Under the pieces are notes generated by a model. That model saw only the letters and a program-made list of their open reading frames with translations. It did no database searches and was not told the origin of the DNA. Below, one piece after another: positions 46,494-57,308 of a stretch of DNA of 64,000 nt. Made by a program: the position numbers and the translations under genes. The DNA is from an uncultured virus (IMG/VR IMGVR_UViG_3300007516_000009). Taxonomy: Duplodnaviria > Heunggongvirae > Uroviricota > Caudoviricetes. Position 1 is the stretch's first letter; each line of letters starts with the position of its first letter. The stretch lies in IMG/VR virus record IMGVR_UViG_3300007516_000009. One strand, written 5' to 3'.

Positions 46494-46997
46494 CTATACG
46501 AGCAATATAAACACGGCGCTTACGGCCATAATCCAAGCACCGGTTGCCAATTCGCCAATCGCCGTTGAGCCGTCAATAAAACTACCAAGACGAAAATCAG
46601 GAGCTTTCCACGATAGCCAATAAATCGGTGACATCATGCCGCCAGCGATAATCATATATTCCGGATACGCGGTGATTCCGAATAAAGAGAATAATATCGC
46701 TAACGGAGCGAGCAAAATCATTCCTCGGCCGAACATACCCACAAAATCATCATTTTCTTCTACTCGACCCATATCCATCCACTGGGCCCACGGGAAAATA
46801 GTTCCTACCCAGAGCGCCGGAATGGACAGTAGAGAAACAACAACATTTCCTGTAAAGAAAAGGATTGCCGCTGCAAGCACAACCGCGGGAATTAGACGGC
46901 CAAGTTGAGTACTAGGGACACTTAGCCAACCACCGCGGACACGCCAAGCAACTGCCATAATCACGCAAGAAATAAGTACTGCAATAAATGTAAACAT
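46494..46997 (-). CDS. Multi-pass membrane protein
   Basis: Several hydrophobic helices, WRVRGG motif, GGAGG RBS. Confidence 0.7.
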   Translation of the reverse strand: MFTFIAVLISCVIMAVAWRVRGGWLSVPSTQLGRLIPAVVLAAAILFFTGNVVVSLLSIPALWVGTIFPWAQWMDMGRVEENDDFVGMFGRGMILLAPLAILFSLFGITAYPEYMIIAGGMMSPIYWLSWKAPDFRLGSFIDGSTAIGELATGAWIMAVSAVFILLV

Positions 46998-47271
46998 TAA
47001 AGATCCTCCGGCAAATCGTTTATTTTGGCTATTGTGTTAATATGCCCATTAGCATAATATTTGTTTTCATGAAGCGCTATAAACTTAGTCATAGTTGATG
47101 CTAATCCAACTGCTATTTCTATTTTACACCATCACTCATGTTGGTTTTCCAATTACTTTACGCGGCACTGATTTCCAATTCGTCCCGGAGCCCACACAGT
47201 ATGTTCGACCGTCCGGGCCCGATACGAGGAGCGTCCATGTAGAAGAGGCACGAACAAGTTCCTGACCTCGC

Positions 47272-47961
47272 CTACCAAAGTGAATATCGTGTGTTGATGT
47301 ATGTGAGAAGCGTTGCAAGGTCGGTCCCGGTGATCTGCGCCGGGTAGGCGAACGCTTCGACGAACGCGACGTTGCCTGGGACAGTGACGGCGCGGTCGGA
47401 TGCGAAACGGACGATGTTCATGGCGGTTGACCCGGCGCTCGATGGCGTCGTCGCCGTTCCGTTGTTGAGCTGCTGATACGAAGACGCGCCGCTCCAGAAC
47501 GATTGGACCAGACCGTAATTGGTGGTGCCAATCACAACCCCGTTGAAATTACCTTGATTCATCTGGCCGGTGATGTCGCGCTGTTGAAGGTTAACTTTAT
47601 CGAACGACTCCAGCCCCAGGATGTAGTCCGCGTGCGCCCAGCTGACGATTTTGAACACGTTGAAGACATGAAACGGCTGCGCGATTGGCCCGAACGTCGA
47701 GGACATGAGCTTGTCGTTTGTTCCGTCAAACGTGATCGACGGCACGCTATTCGGCCCGCCGGTCGCAGAATAGGCGGGCTTGTTCGTCGCCTCGGAGACG
47801 TTACGGGCGTTGCTGGACTGGTCAGCCCATGCCGACACCGTGCCGCCGGACTCCGTAACGCCGAGATCGGAACGATACCACCAAGTTAGTGCGGTACCGA
47901 TATCGGCAGGGCCGGGCAATCCCGCGGCGCCGGGCGTGAAGAAGGGAAAGGGAAAGGTCAT
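47272..47961 (-). CDS. LamG/concanavalin-A-like protein (putative receptor-binding component)
   Basis: WWYRSDLG, VSAWADQS, P.Y, ITFDGTND.L, YINTRY; ATG 47961 overlaps the upstream TGA. Confidence 0.75.
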   Translation of the reverse strand: MTFPFPFFTPGAAGLPGPADIGTALTWWYRSDLGVTESGGTVSAWADQSSNARNVSEATNKPAYSATGGPNSVPSITFDGTNDKLMSSTFGPIAQPFHVFNVFKIVSWAHADYILGLESFDKVNLQQRDITGQMNQGNFNGVVIGTTNYGLVQSFWSGASSYQQLNNGTATTPSSAGSTAMNIVRFASDRAVTVPGNVAFVEAFAYPAQITGTDLATLLTYINTRYSLW

Positions 47962-48461
47962 GGCTTGGGTATCGACAATTTGACCGCAGCAATAGCGGCG
48001 ATGATGTCGGCAAATTCCTGCGTCTCCGATGCCCCCCTCGCGGCCATTTCGGTAATGATCGCGTCGAGTACAAACCCGATTACCGTCACCTTGTCTGCAA
48101 GTTCTGGCGGGAATCCCTTCACCCCCGCGATTGCCGCCACATAGCCGTTCGCCCGCGTCCGCGCCCACGCCGTTGCGTCAACCGCAAGATCAAGTTGAGA
48201 CCTGCTGTAGATCGTGTGCCGCGAGACCGTGTCGGTCTTGTTGTTATATATCGGCTCACCCGCAACGGCCACCGATCCAGCGCCTTTGCGCTTCTCGGCT
48301 ATCTCGTAGACTCGCTGCAACACGGTCGCGCCAAGAACGTATTCAAGCCCGTCTTGTGCAATCATTGCGCAGCGGTCTGTTGTGCCATGCCATACAAACG
48401 CACCGTCGAACGGTTCGCCGAGAAGATCGCCAGAGACCGTATCGCGGAGGATGAAGCTCAT
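47958..48461 (-). CDS. Putative tail-fibre chaperone/accessory protein
   Basis: Follows the fibre gene with ATGA-type coupling; C-terminal I.AVK..IPKP motif. Confidence 0.55.
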   Translation of the reverse strand: MSFILRDTVSGDLLGEPFDGAFVWHGTTDRCAMIAQDGLEYVLGATVLQRVYEIAEKRKGAGSVAVAGEPIYNNKTDTVSRHTIYSRSQLDLAVDATAWARTRANGYVAAIAGVKGFPPELADKVTVIGFVLDAIITEMAARGASETQEFADIIAAIAAVKLSIPKP

Positions 48462-49387
48462 TGTAGCGCCCTCACAATCAGTTCGGAAAAGCCATTCAAC
48501 TTTGTGATGTAGAAAAAGAAGTCGTCACCGCTCGTTGTGGACGTCGCCGTCGTATCGCTGGCCGTAAAGCCAGAGACGGTGATTGCACCCGCGCTTGCGT
48601 CGTTGGTGTACTGGATGACCAGTGTGCAGTTGTTTGTCGGCGGGGCAAGTGTATGCGCCCCGCCGTTAACGGCGTACTGCATGTTCCCGTTGGCTTCGTC
48701 CGGCGTGAATGTCCCGGTCGTTTTCGTCCCGGCGTTGTAGGGCGTTGCCGCATACCCAGCTGTCAGCACGTCGGCAACATCTGCTTTCAGTGTGTCAGCG
48801 TCATATGCCTGCACATCCGTCCCGATAACCGCGCCGTCCTTGACGAGTTTGCCCGTAGTTCCATCGTAACGTACAAGAGAATTGTCGGTTGCAGTATTCG
48901 CATTTGTAGTGAGTTTAGTTGCAATATATGTGTTTGTATTAGCAAGTCGAGTATTGGCGGTTGCTTTAGTTTCATAAGTGCTTGCGGCGGCAGTTGTAGT
49001 GAGTTTAGTTGCAATATATGTGTTTGTATTAGCAAGTCGAGTATTGGCGGTTGCTTTGGATTCTTTTGATAAGATGTATATGTTTGTATTAGCAAGTCGA
49101 GTATTGGCGGTTGCTTTGGATTCTTTTGAGAAGATGTATGTATTTGTATTAGCAAGAAATGCAACTTCAGTTGAATTGATTGACGCCGCAGGAAGTGTTA
49201 TAGAAGTGTTAACAGTCAACCATTTTATAGTCACAGTATTAGCGCTTACTGTATTTGAAGTTACCGCGTTGGCAGAAATAGTATTTGCTGCTGGATTAAT
49301 CTCGAACAAATTTGTAGCTAGTTGATTTGTCCGTGTTACCCAAACGTTAAATGTATCCGTGAGCGCGACGTTAGCGACTTGACCCAT
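48458..49387 (-). CDS. Fibre-like structural protein with internal repeats
   Basis: N-terminal DTF..W..RTN motif, ANTNTYI repeats, RYDGTTGKL, IGTDVQAYDA. Confidence 0.7.
   Translation of the reverse strand: MGQVANVALTDTFNVWVTRTNQLATNLFEINPAANTISANAVTSNTVSANTVTIKWLTVNTSITLPAASINSTEVAFLANTNTYIFSKESKATANTRLANTNIYILSKESKATANTRLANTNTYIATKLTTTAAASTYETKATANTRLANTNTYIATKLTTNANTATDNSLVRYDGTTGKLVKDGAVIGTDVQAYDADTLKADVADVLTAGYAATPYNAGTKTTGTFTPDEANGNMQYAVNGGAHTLAPPTNNCTLVIQYTNDASAGAITVSGFTASDTTATSTTSGDDFFFYITKLNGFSELIVRALQ
48905..49155 (-). repeat. Intragenic 60-bp/90-bp tandem repeats (KATANTRLANTNTYI)
   Basis: TGTTTGTATTAGCAAGTCGAGTATTGGCGGTTGCTTT at 48931, 49021 and 49081, plus a partial copy at 49141. 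Confidence 0.9.
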
Positions 49388-49390
49388 GTG

Positions 49391-49603
49391 TTATTTTCCT
49401 TGTAGGGCGCTTAAAATTTTAGTTAGGGTTTCTTGCATATCCGCAATATCCTGCTTCATAGTATTTATATCGTCTGTCATAATCCTATTTTTAGCTTTAC
49501 TGTTCTTGTACGCAGAGAGTGCTTGTGTATCCGTAGATAAAATGGCGCCAGTTGACGGATCTTTTTTAAATCCGTCAACATCTTGTATTGGTTGCAAGTT
49601 CAT
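49391..49603 (-). CDS. Small conserved protein downstream of VrlC-like gene
   Basis: KDP.TGAIL.TD followed by a coiled coil. Confidence 0.7.
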   Translation of the reverse strand: MNLQPIQDVDGFKKDPSTGAILSTDTQALSAYKNSKAKNRIMTDDINTMKQDIADMQETLTKILSALQGK

Positions 49604-49610
49604 AATAAGC

Positions 49611-52600
49611 CTATATCTGTAGTGCGATTGCTCTGAAATCCTTCACTCTCGGTACACGCGAGGGTGTAGACGAAAGCAGTACAATTTTAATTTTAAATCG
49701 TTTGAATCCAGTATATGTCACCCCGGAAGCATCATATTGAACTTCGCCACTTGCTCCTGTGAGCGAAGCAGTTGGTATCTGATATTCATACTCTTTAAAA
49801 TCATTTGTATTTTCTGAATCCGACACAATAGTTGCAGCTGTAACTTGAGTCATATTTAGCCACGTTTTATCGTCCATCTGATCGCCGTCGTCATTATTAA
49901 GCAACTTAACATATATGCTAATTGTGGCAGTAGATGGTTTATATGCAGTGATGAATACTTTCAAGTCTTCAGCATCCTGCCCTTCAGCTAGAGTTACGGT
50001 GCGCTGAATGTATCGCGCAAGCGCCGAACCTTCTGTTGTAGTGTTTTCGTTAGTTGAATCGTTGTTTATAAGATTCTCGATTGTGAAAATAGCAGCTCGA
50101 TCATTATCAATTGCCGGAGAATGTCTCTTATTTGAAGCATTAGTAAGTGTTGCTATTAACTCAGCCGATTTAGAACTTGATAGGTTTAGAACTTCATTTG
50201 AACGACTTAGAATATATCTGCGTGCATCATATTGATTATTATCGTTAATTGATACACGGCGGAATGCAGTATCTCTTGCAGACGCTGACGTTGCAAATTT
50301 AGCGGTGACTGCGGTTGTAGTATCCTGAAGTTCTAGTTTACTCATGAATGGTTTAAAGGTATCAATTCTGAGATTATCAACTGAAACAATTCGTGCATCT
50401 AATCCAGTGGTCTGCCCACGGAGCCAAGTATTCGCGGTAAACGAGCCAGTTGGCACCGAAAGATGAACGATTGTGTTTGACTGAGTAACAGCATCAAAGA
50501 AGTAAACTCTACCAGCCGGAGTAGCTTGGCTACTTATAGTTGCGGTTGTACCTGTATTAGCACCCGATGCAGCAGCATATTTATAGATACTGGCACTATC
50601 TGTAAATTTAGTATCAAGTGTAACTTCTTTTACTCGGATTGTACTTCCGCTATTATAGGTGACTATGCCGTTTGCTTGTGCCGAAGTAGTATTTGCCTGC
50701 ACTACAATATCACCAACATTTGCGGTAATTGCGCCAGAAAGCACAAGCGTGGTTTCGCCATTTACAACTTCGTGCACAGTTTTAAAGACGGTTGCGTTAT
50801 CTGTATTTGCAAGAGTCAGATATTCTTTATCGGTGTTTTTGAATACTGCGGTGCCCGTCTGATTGTTACCAAAGTTCGCAAAGTATAGTTTGAACTTCAA
50901 GTCTTCTTCTTGTATTGCGGTCCACGTTCTATCGTTGGCCGATGCGAACAATATACCGGCAGCTGGTTGCTCAGTCACTCTATTTCCTGTAATAAGATCG
51001 TTTTCTCCAAGTCGCGCAGTCCATACAGAAACATTTGGATTTCCATCAGCTGGTTTAATTACTATAGCATAATCTACATTGTTCATCAGATATACTGGAG
51101 TTTCGAAAATGATCGGCGTTGGTGAAGTTCCGGTCGTGCTTGTATTAATATTTGCTGCGGTAACGATTACCTTTCCAAAAGGTACAATTCTGCTAGTAAT
51201 AAACGCCGTAGCTGGATCACACTCACGAATTTCGATCACCACTGGCTGAGCAGAATCTTTTGCCGAAAAATAAAGATCAAGTTTAGATAGATACGCGCCA
51301 GGAATAGTACTATTAATGCCGTCGGAAACTCGGAATGTCTGAGCAATAGGATCAATTCGCGGTATAGTACTAATATCAACACGTTGCGTTATTGTTGATG
51401 TTTGAGGCGCTACTTGTGAGATAGAAATATCAATACTTCTAGTAGAAATAATAGTTCCGCGTGTTGTAACATCAAGTCCCTGGGCGCTATATGTTGTTTG
51501 AGCGCCTGTAGTCGCTGCACCGATTGTACTGCTATCAGTCACACTATCTGTAAACCGGAATACTTTATCGCCAACTGTAAATTTAAGCGCATCTTCATTT
51601 GGTATTCTGAAATTGGCATAAGCAACACCAGAAGAATTAGTAAGCAGAGCAGAACCCTCGGCCGATGTATTTGCGAATGAAGAATTCGCTGGCGAAATAT
51701 AGTTACTTACGGATACACCATCAAAAAAGACATAAACCCGCGTATTTGGTTTAAGCCCCTGTCCAGTCACGTTAATATTACGTGAACGAATAAACGGAAT
51801 GATATTGATATTCTGAACAGAATCGCCGAGATTAGTTTCAAGCAATTCGCCGGCATTAACATTAAGCCGTTGGCCGGTTCTCATTTGTTCTACTTGTCCA
51901 AGAACGGTCCCACTACCACTGGGCTCGTCAAAAATAAACCCGCTATTAGTAGACGTAATTCTGCCAGTATTTTGCCAACCATTCCACTGAACACCAACGA
52001 AGTTTGCAATTTCCTGAAGTGCTTCTGCGAACTGACCGAACTCAATTTGGACGGATGGCGATGTAGTAATATCCTGCCAATAATCTGTTGTTGGGTTGAG
52101 AGTTGCGGTACCAATAAACGAGTATTGAAGTCCAGCCGCGTTTCTTGTGTCAGTTGCAAATGGCTGTTCAACAGTCATGTCATGAGTCCAAGGAAGAAGA
52201 ATGAGTTTTCCTGCTGCGACGGCAGACGCTGCCGATACTGCCGATGTAGCAGTAGAAGTTCCGCCAACCGCATTCGCAGATGTTGAGAATGTACCAGACA
52301 CGCCAGAAATATAAAGCTTAGTTCCTACCTGATAATCGAGTGTTCCCGATGCAGCACCCTGCGTGATTGTTTCACCATTAGCGTATGCTGCGCTACTAGA
52401 AGAAATAGTTAATGAAGTGTCTTTCGACGTTGCGGTTATATTTGATGAGTTTGCTGATTGGAATTCGAGCTGAACGTCATCTAGTTTGAATGATGGTCTA
52501 AGTTCTTTTTCCTGCTTGTCAATAGCAACTCTGTATCCATCATTATAAAAATCACTAACCGAAAAATCAACAAATTGATCTACCACAATGCCGTTTTTGA

Positions 52601-55600
52601 ACCTATCAATACCAGACGTGCTAGAAAGGAATAGATTCTTCGTATCAGATTCAAGCAGCGATAGCGAAGTATAGTATTCTAGATTATCAATTCTGCTTTC
52701 AAGACCCTTGATATCTTTCATTGTAAATCGGCGAATACGTACTGGCTCGATTTTGATTGACAGGTCGGTTCGGCCATTAGGAGCGGTTCCCGTGCTGATA
52801 CGATTAGCATTTTCCTGCGGTAGAGATGGGTACGGCTTCACGTTGACTATCGCAATAGTCATACCATCAGAAGGTCCGGGCGGAATTTTAGGAAGAAGAT
52901 CTGGCGTGCCCTTTACCGCCCGGAATTTACCGTCGGCAGTCACAACGATTCTGTCTTTTCGTGGAAGATAATAATCAAGATCTGTGATAAAGTCTTCGTT
53001 TGGAGCCATAAACCGCAGGCCGCCAGATGGCTCAGCAATTGTGGTTGATGTGGCTGGCGTTCGCGACATGTTTGTTAGTGTTGTCACGTTATTTGCAGTG
53101 TCCACAATACGCGGCCGAATATCAATATGATTTCTAAGATCATATCTAATTCCAGAAGTCAAGGAAGTATAAATCGGAACTTCGCCTGTAGCGATGGCAG
53201 TGGTATTTGCTGTATTCGCGTCGTCAATTGGATAAGAATCTATCGAGAAATAACCAACCCCAGATGAAGTGTTGTGAGTGAAATAATCGAATTTCACCAG
53301 ATACACATTGCCGTTTGCAACCGCGTGTGTTGCATTATGTTTCAGTTTAAGTTTAGCATGATCGTAGAAATTGTCTCGCATACCAGTATCAAAATCAAAC
53401 TGGTTGGTTATGTCCGTCCCTTGGCTTGTAGTAGTGAAAACGGCGTTACCTGTTTTAACGCGCACTTCTTGTAGATTAAACCCGTCTGAAACTCCAAGAT
53501 TCCATGGGCCGGCCGTTGTACCAGATACTGACACGTTTATTTCAACATAGCGACTTGACTGAAGATTCTTAGCAATTTCTTGTCCATCGACTTTTTTCAG
53601 CTCAGTTACAATAGATGCCGCGACTGTTGCTGCCAGTGTTTCTTGTATGTCAATAGTTGCGCTTGTTGTTGAATTGATAGTAACTGAGCGAGCAGTGCCA
53701 TCACCACCATAACCGTTCAGAGAAATAACCTGTCCGGGCTGGAATGCTTTGAATACCGTAGCACCAGATGTCGTACCAGTTGAAGTTCCAAGCCCATAAA
53801 CACTAACTGAAGTTGCTCCAAGAATACTTGACACAATAAATGTATTTGCTATTCCCTGAAGTTTAAGCACATCGCCAACATTATATTTTGTAGTTGCCGA
53901 TGTTAGGCCCGTGATTGTATTGGCACCGGTAGCTTTCGCGGCAGTTGTATCACGGGCCGTTGCGCTATTGGCAGTTGCTTCAAGTACAACCAAGAAGTTT
54001 TCACGTTCTTGTGTATCATTAAGCGCACCGACTGAGAACGGAAACTGCTCATCAGTCAACCCAGTTGTAGCAGTAACAGTGCCATCGGCCGCGATTGTTA
54101 CTGAAAATTCTTTTTTGAAGCGAAATTCGTTGTCGATAACGCCAGAAGTATCTCTAAGACGTTTAATATTCTCCGCTGGTATGTTAAATAGCGACCTATT
54201 AAAGGCCGTTTCATTGAGTATAGCACTATTAGCAGTCAATACAGTGTCAGCAAACCCATCATGAGACGCGTCGTCAAAATAAATTGACCGAACATAACTG
54301 AAACTGTTTGCGGTCATATTGATATCATAAAGATACATATTATATTGACCGGTCGCCGCTGCCTTTGTTCCGCTGCTATATTCGAGCGCGCGAACTCGTG
54401 CTTCACCAATCTTAACCCCAGTCGGCGATCCAGATGAAAGTTGACCAGATGAAATAGCATTCTGTGCAGTACTATAAAGAGATACTCGGTCGTGCCCGTT
54501 AATATCCCAAGTACCCACTAGTTCGTCTACTGGAGTATAGTTACCATAATTTGCGGGTATAGAAATTTGAGTGATAGAATTAACATCAGTTGCTTTGTCA
54601 ATAGTCACGTGATTGGTGGTTAGGTTTTCTATCTCGTATCCACGTACGTATGCTTTGCCGGGCGCAACATCAACGACAAGCTTATTTACGTCTCCGCCGT
54701 TTGCAAGTGTATAAACTCCACCATTATTTGCAGAATCAAGGTGTTCTCTGATACGAGAAGTTAATCCGTTAACGATATAGTCTCCGGACTCATCATATGT
54801 CCGTCTGGCAATATAGTCATTGATAACGGAATAGACCGGCTTATCTGTCTTGAATTCTATATTACCATCTTTAAGTCGAGTACGCTCAATGAAGTTTGTA
54901 GTTGCAGTATCAGTAAGTAGCTTTTTATCAATGGTCGCAACGAGTTTAAGACGGTCGGCACCAGGCGCAATATAGTTGTATGCGCCTCTAGCAGGATCGA
55001 GCAGAGTAGAATCGACTGTTGATGTTACAATAGACTCGACTATATTATAACCAATTCTATAATCAACATTCGCGGAGTACCGCCCGACGATTGTGTTCGC
55101 TGCATCAAACCGAATAAAATTGTCCTTAGCGTACAGTACGCCAGCGCCGAACGAAATTCGCGAACCAGTTCCCGCCACATTAGTTGTCTGAACACCCTCT
55201 GTCGCTACATTTGCTGTATGTCCGCCGCTTGAAGTAAGAACTTCACCGCTAGAAAACGTTGCTGTAGTTCCAAGAGAACCGGAACCAGTATAGCGAATAT
55301 AGAGAGTTTTTGTGTTTGGTGTTGCCGCTTCGGATCCAGTAAGCGCGTCCACAACATATGCAGTTACGCCGGTTGTTCCGCCTGTGATTGTTTTACCGAT
55401 AAATACAGCGGTATTAACAGCGAGCCCAGCCGAACTATCACGAAGTTTAATATACGGAAGAACTCGATCATAATTCATTTCTCCGCCGCGGACAACACTT
55501 CCTTCTGAGAAAATATGTTCGGCGAAACGATCAAGCTGATTCTGTTGAATAGTCTGCATTTGAGTAAGTTCGCGGGCCTGTACTGCCTGACCTGGGCGGA

Positions 55601-55697
55601 ACAAGATTCGGTGGAAGTTTTTACCCTCAGAAAAATCGTCATAATACGGATCAGCATTTAAATTCGTATCTAATGACTGTGTATTTGCAAGTGACAT
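49611..55697 (-). CDS. Large VrlC-like (DUF4815-type) virion structural protein
   Basis: PYYDDF, ILFRPG.AVQARELTQ.Q, APGADRLK, ARRTYDESG.Y, GKAYVRGYE, RFKNG..VD.F, DP.AQTF, DFRAIAL. Confidence 0.9.
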   Translation of the reverse strand: MSLANTQSLDTNLNADPYYDDFSEGKNFHRILFRPGQAVQARELTQMQTIQQNQLDRFAEHIFSEGSVVRGGEMNYDRVLPYIKLRDSSAGLAVNTAVFIGKTITGGTTGVTAYVVDALTGSEAATPNTKTLYIRYTGSGSLGTTATFSSGEVLTSSGGHTANVATEGVQTTNVAGTGSRISFGAGVLYAKDNFIRFDAANTIVGRYSANVDYRIGYNIVESIVTSTVDSTLLDPARGAYNYIAPGADRLKLVATIDKKLLTDTATTNFIERTRLKDGNIEFKTDKPVYSVINDYIARRTYDESGDYIVNGLTSRIREHLDSANNGGVYTLANGGDVNKLVVDVAPGKAYVRGYEIENLTTNHVTIDKATDVNSITQISIPANYGNYTPVDELVGTWDINGHDRVSLYSTAQNAISSGQLSSGSPTGVKIGEARVRALEYSSGTKAAATGQYNMYLYDINMTANSFSYVRSIYFDDASHDGFADTVLTANSAILNETAFNRSLFNIPAENIKRLRDTSGVIDNEFRFKKEFSVTIAADGTVTATTGLTDEQFPFSVGALNDTQERENFLVVLEATANSATARDTTAAKATGANTITGLTSATTKYNVGDVLKLQGIANTFIVSSILGATSVSVYGLGTSTGTTSGATVFKAFQPGQVISLNGYGGDGTARSVTINSTTSATIDIQETLAATVAASIVTELKKVDGQEIAKNLQSSRYVEINVSVSGTTAGPWNLGVSDGFNLQEVRVKTGNAVFTTTSQGTDITNQFDFDTGMRDNFYDHAKLKLKHNATHAVANGNVYLVKFDYFTHNTSSGVGYFSIDSYPIDDANTANTTAIATGEVPIYTSLTSGIRYDLRNHIDIRPRIVDTANNVTTLTNMSRTPATSTTIAEPSGGLRFMAPNEDFITDLDYYLPRKDRIVVTADGKFRAVKGTPDLLPKIPPGPSDGMTIAIVNVKPYPSLPQENANRISTGTAPNGRTDLSIKIEPVRIRRFTMKDIKGLESRIDNLEYYTSLSLLESDTKNLFLSSTSGIDRFKNGIVVDQFVDFSVSDFYNDGYRVAIDKQEKELRPSFKLDDVQLEFQSANSSNITATSKDTSLTISSSSAAYANGETITQGAASGTLDYQVGTKLYISGVSGTFSTSANAVGGTSTATSAVSAASAVAAGKLILLPWTHDMTVEQPFATDTRNAAGLQYSFIGTATLNPTTDYWQDITTSPSVQIEFGQFAEALQEIANFVGVQWNGWQNTGRITSTNSGFIFDEPSGSGTVLGQVEQMRTGQRLNVNAGELLETNLGDSVQNINIIPFIRSRNINVTGQGLKPNTRVYVFFDGVSVSNYISPANSSFANTSAEGSALLTNSSGVAYANFRIPNEDALKFTVGDKVFRFTDSVTDSSTIGAATTGAQTTYSAQGLDVTTRGTIISTRSIDISISQVAPQTSTITQRVDISTIPRIDPIAQTFRVSDGINSTIPGAYLSKLDLYFSAKDSAQPVVIEIRECDPATAFITSRIVPFGKVIVTAANINTSTTGTSPTPIIFETPVYLMNNVDYAIVIKPADGNPNVSVWTARLGENDLITGNRVTEQPAAGILFASANDRTWTAIQEEDLKFKLYFANFGNNQTGTAVFKNTDKEYLTLANTDNATVFKTVHEVVNGETTLVLSGAITANVGDIVVQANTTSAQANGIVTYNSGSTIRVKEVTLDTKFTDSASIYKYAAASGANTGTTATISSQATPAGRVYFFDAVTQSNTIVHLSVPTGSFTANTWLRGQTTGLDARIVSVDNLRIDTFKPFMSKLELQDTTTAVTAKFATSASARDTAFRRVSINDNNQYDARRYILSRSNEVLNLSSSKSAELIATLTNASNKRHSPAIDNDRAAIFTIENLINNDSTNENTTTEGSALARYIQRTVTLAEGQDAEDLKVFITAYKPSTATISIYVKLLNNDDGDQMDDKTWLNMTQVTAATIVSDSENTNDFKEYEYQIPTASLTGASGEVQYDASGVTYTGFKRFKIKIVLLSSTPSRVPRVKDFRAIALQI

Positions 55698-55706
55698 TTA
55701 ATATCC

Positions 55707-57269
55707 TTAGAATCTTACTATGATTTTGAAATCTTCGGTTTGGTCAGACGCTCGTTGAATTGGTGATCGGTTCTCAATATATATAAGTTCGCCAGAATAC
55801 TTTGTTAGAGACCCATGAGAGATAGAAGAAATTAGCCCAGTTATTCCGCTTGTATTGCCAGTAATAATATCTGATGTAGTAAATACTGCATTCGTACTTA
55901 CAACTTTAAGCACGCCCGCTGTATTAGCTGAATTAGTATTTGCAAAAACTAATACCTGCGCCTGAGCGCTAGTAACATCTCCAACAATGAGTTCATCGAG
56001 TATCCATCGGCCTGCGCCAGAAACGTTGGTCAGTGTTAGTTTTGTTGTCTGATCGTATGAAACTCCATTAGCAACTGCACTGGTAGAAGCTAATAGTGGA
56101 TCTTTTATCACACCGAATGTTCTAAAGTCATTAGCTACAGGGAACGTGTTGGATACTGTATTCGCGGTCTGAATACTCATCATCACGTAATGGCCGCCAA
56201 GTTCTTTAATAGGATCTGAGCCATGGCCGCCGAGTGGAGATATCGCAGCTTTAACAACTGCGCCAGAGCCAAACGAAGTATTAGCAAGTATAGTGACGGT
56301 CGCCTTAGAATAACCAGCCCCCTGCGTAATCATAGTGACGGAATTTACCGTATTGCTTATTGTGACGTTCGAGTATGCAGTTGCGCCAGTACCGTCGCCC
56401 GTAATGATAACCGATGGGCTAACAATATAAGTCGATGACGTATTCGGCGTAATACTCAATGCGCTAACCATGGTAATTGTTCGCGTTGATCCAACATAAT
56501 CAACAATCTTCTTTGCTTGTCCAGACCCTAGACCGGCCGAAATAAAGACTGTAGAATTATTATAGATGTTGTCGATAGCAGAAGCCGTGTTTGCCAAGTT
56601 GAGCACTGTATTCGAAGTCACCGTCACAAATGTACCATTCGTTGAAAGATACCCAGCGCCTGGAGTACGCACATCAATAATTTCTATAGATCCATTCGAT
56701 GCCGCTTGCTGAACCACCCACTGTGCAGATCCGTTGTTTGCGGTTAGTGTAGTCACGGGTATATAAGCACTACTAACAAATTTGAGATTATCAGCCGACG
56801 ATACTGTGTACATGTATTTCCAAATGTACCCGTCGGTAGTCCTTAGAACATTGGTTGATGTGCCGGTCGGCTTTACAACTGACGCCGCGCCCTTGCTATT
56901 ATAAAGACACTTGTACACATTCAGTATATCAGTATACACAAAAAAGGTATTCGAAGCGGCAGGATCAGCAAATAGAACTGTATTGTCGCTTGCATATTCC
57001 CGATAACTCGTATTATTAGCCCAATTGTATCTTGGTACTACGTACGAAACATCATTAATGAGCAATTTCTTAGATGCAATCATGCCGCGCCAATAATCAA
57101 AATCAGTATTTGCTACTGACTCAAGTGGCGTCGGTGGATTATTATCATCGGCGAATGCTTGAATACCAGAAACGAACAGATATAGATTTGTTTTTGAAGC
57201 TTCTTCAAAAGCTTCATAAAACTGTTCTGCATTGTGATGATGAAAGTATCGTGTTACTAAACTTGCCAT
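55707..57269 (-). CDS. 8: Baseplate wedge subunit gp8-like
   Basis: VPRYNW, VYKCL.N, DGY.WKYMY, GHG.DP..ELG, SGE.IYIENR.PI.RA.DQTED.K. Confidence 0.88.
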   Translation of the reverse strand: MASLVTRYFHHHNAEQFYEAFEEASKTNLYLFVSGIQAFADDNNPPTPLESVANTDFDYWRGMIASKKLLINDVSYVVPRYNWANNTSYREYASDNTVLFADPAASNTFFVYTDILNVYKCLYNSKGAASVVKPTGTSTNVLRTTDGYIWKYMYTVSSADNLKFVSSAYIPVTTLTANNGSAQWVVQQAASNGSIEIIDVRTPGAGYLSTNGTFVTVTSNTVLNLANTASAIDNIYNNSTVFISAGLGSGQAKKIVDYVGSTRTITMVSALSITPNTSSTYIVSPSVIITGDGTGATAYSNVTISNTVNSVTMITQGAGYSKATVTILANTSFGSGAVVKAAISPLGGHGSDPIKELGGHYVMMSIQTANTVSNTFPVANDFRTFGVIKDPLLASTSAVANGVSYDQTTKLTLTNVSGAGRWILDELIVGDVTSAQAQVLVFANTNSANTAGVLKVVSTNAVFTTSDIITGNTSGITGLISSISHGSLTKYSGELIYIENRSPIQRASDQTEDFKIIVRF

Positions 57270-57308
57270 TTTTTCTCATATGTAAAAGTATGAACTATTT
57301 ATAATAAA

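Noticed and set aside
47962..48168. Long N-terminal extension of the LamG ORF given in the track
   Set aside because: It overlaps the chaperone-like gene; the ATGA-coupled start at 47961 is more plausible.
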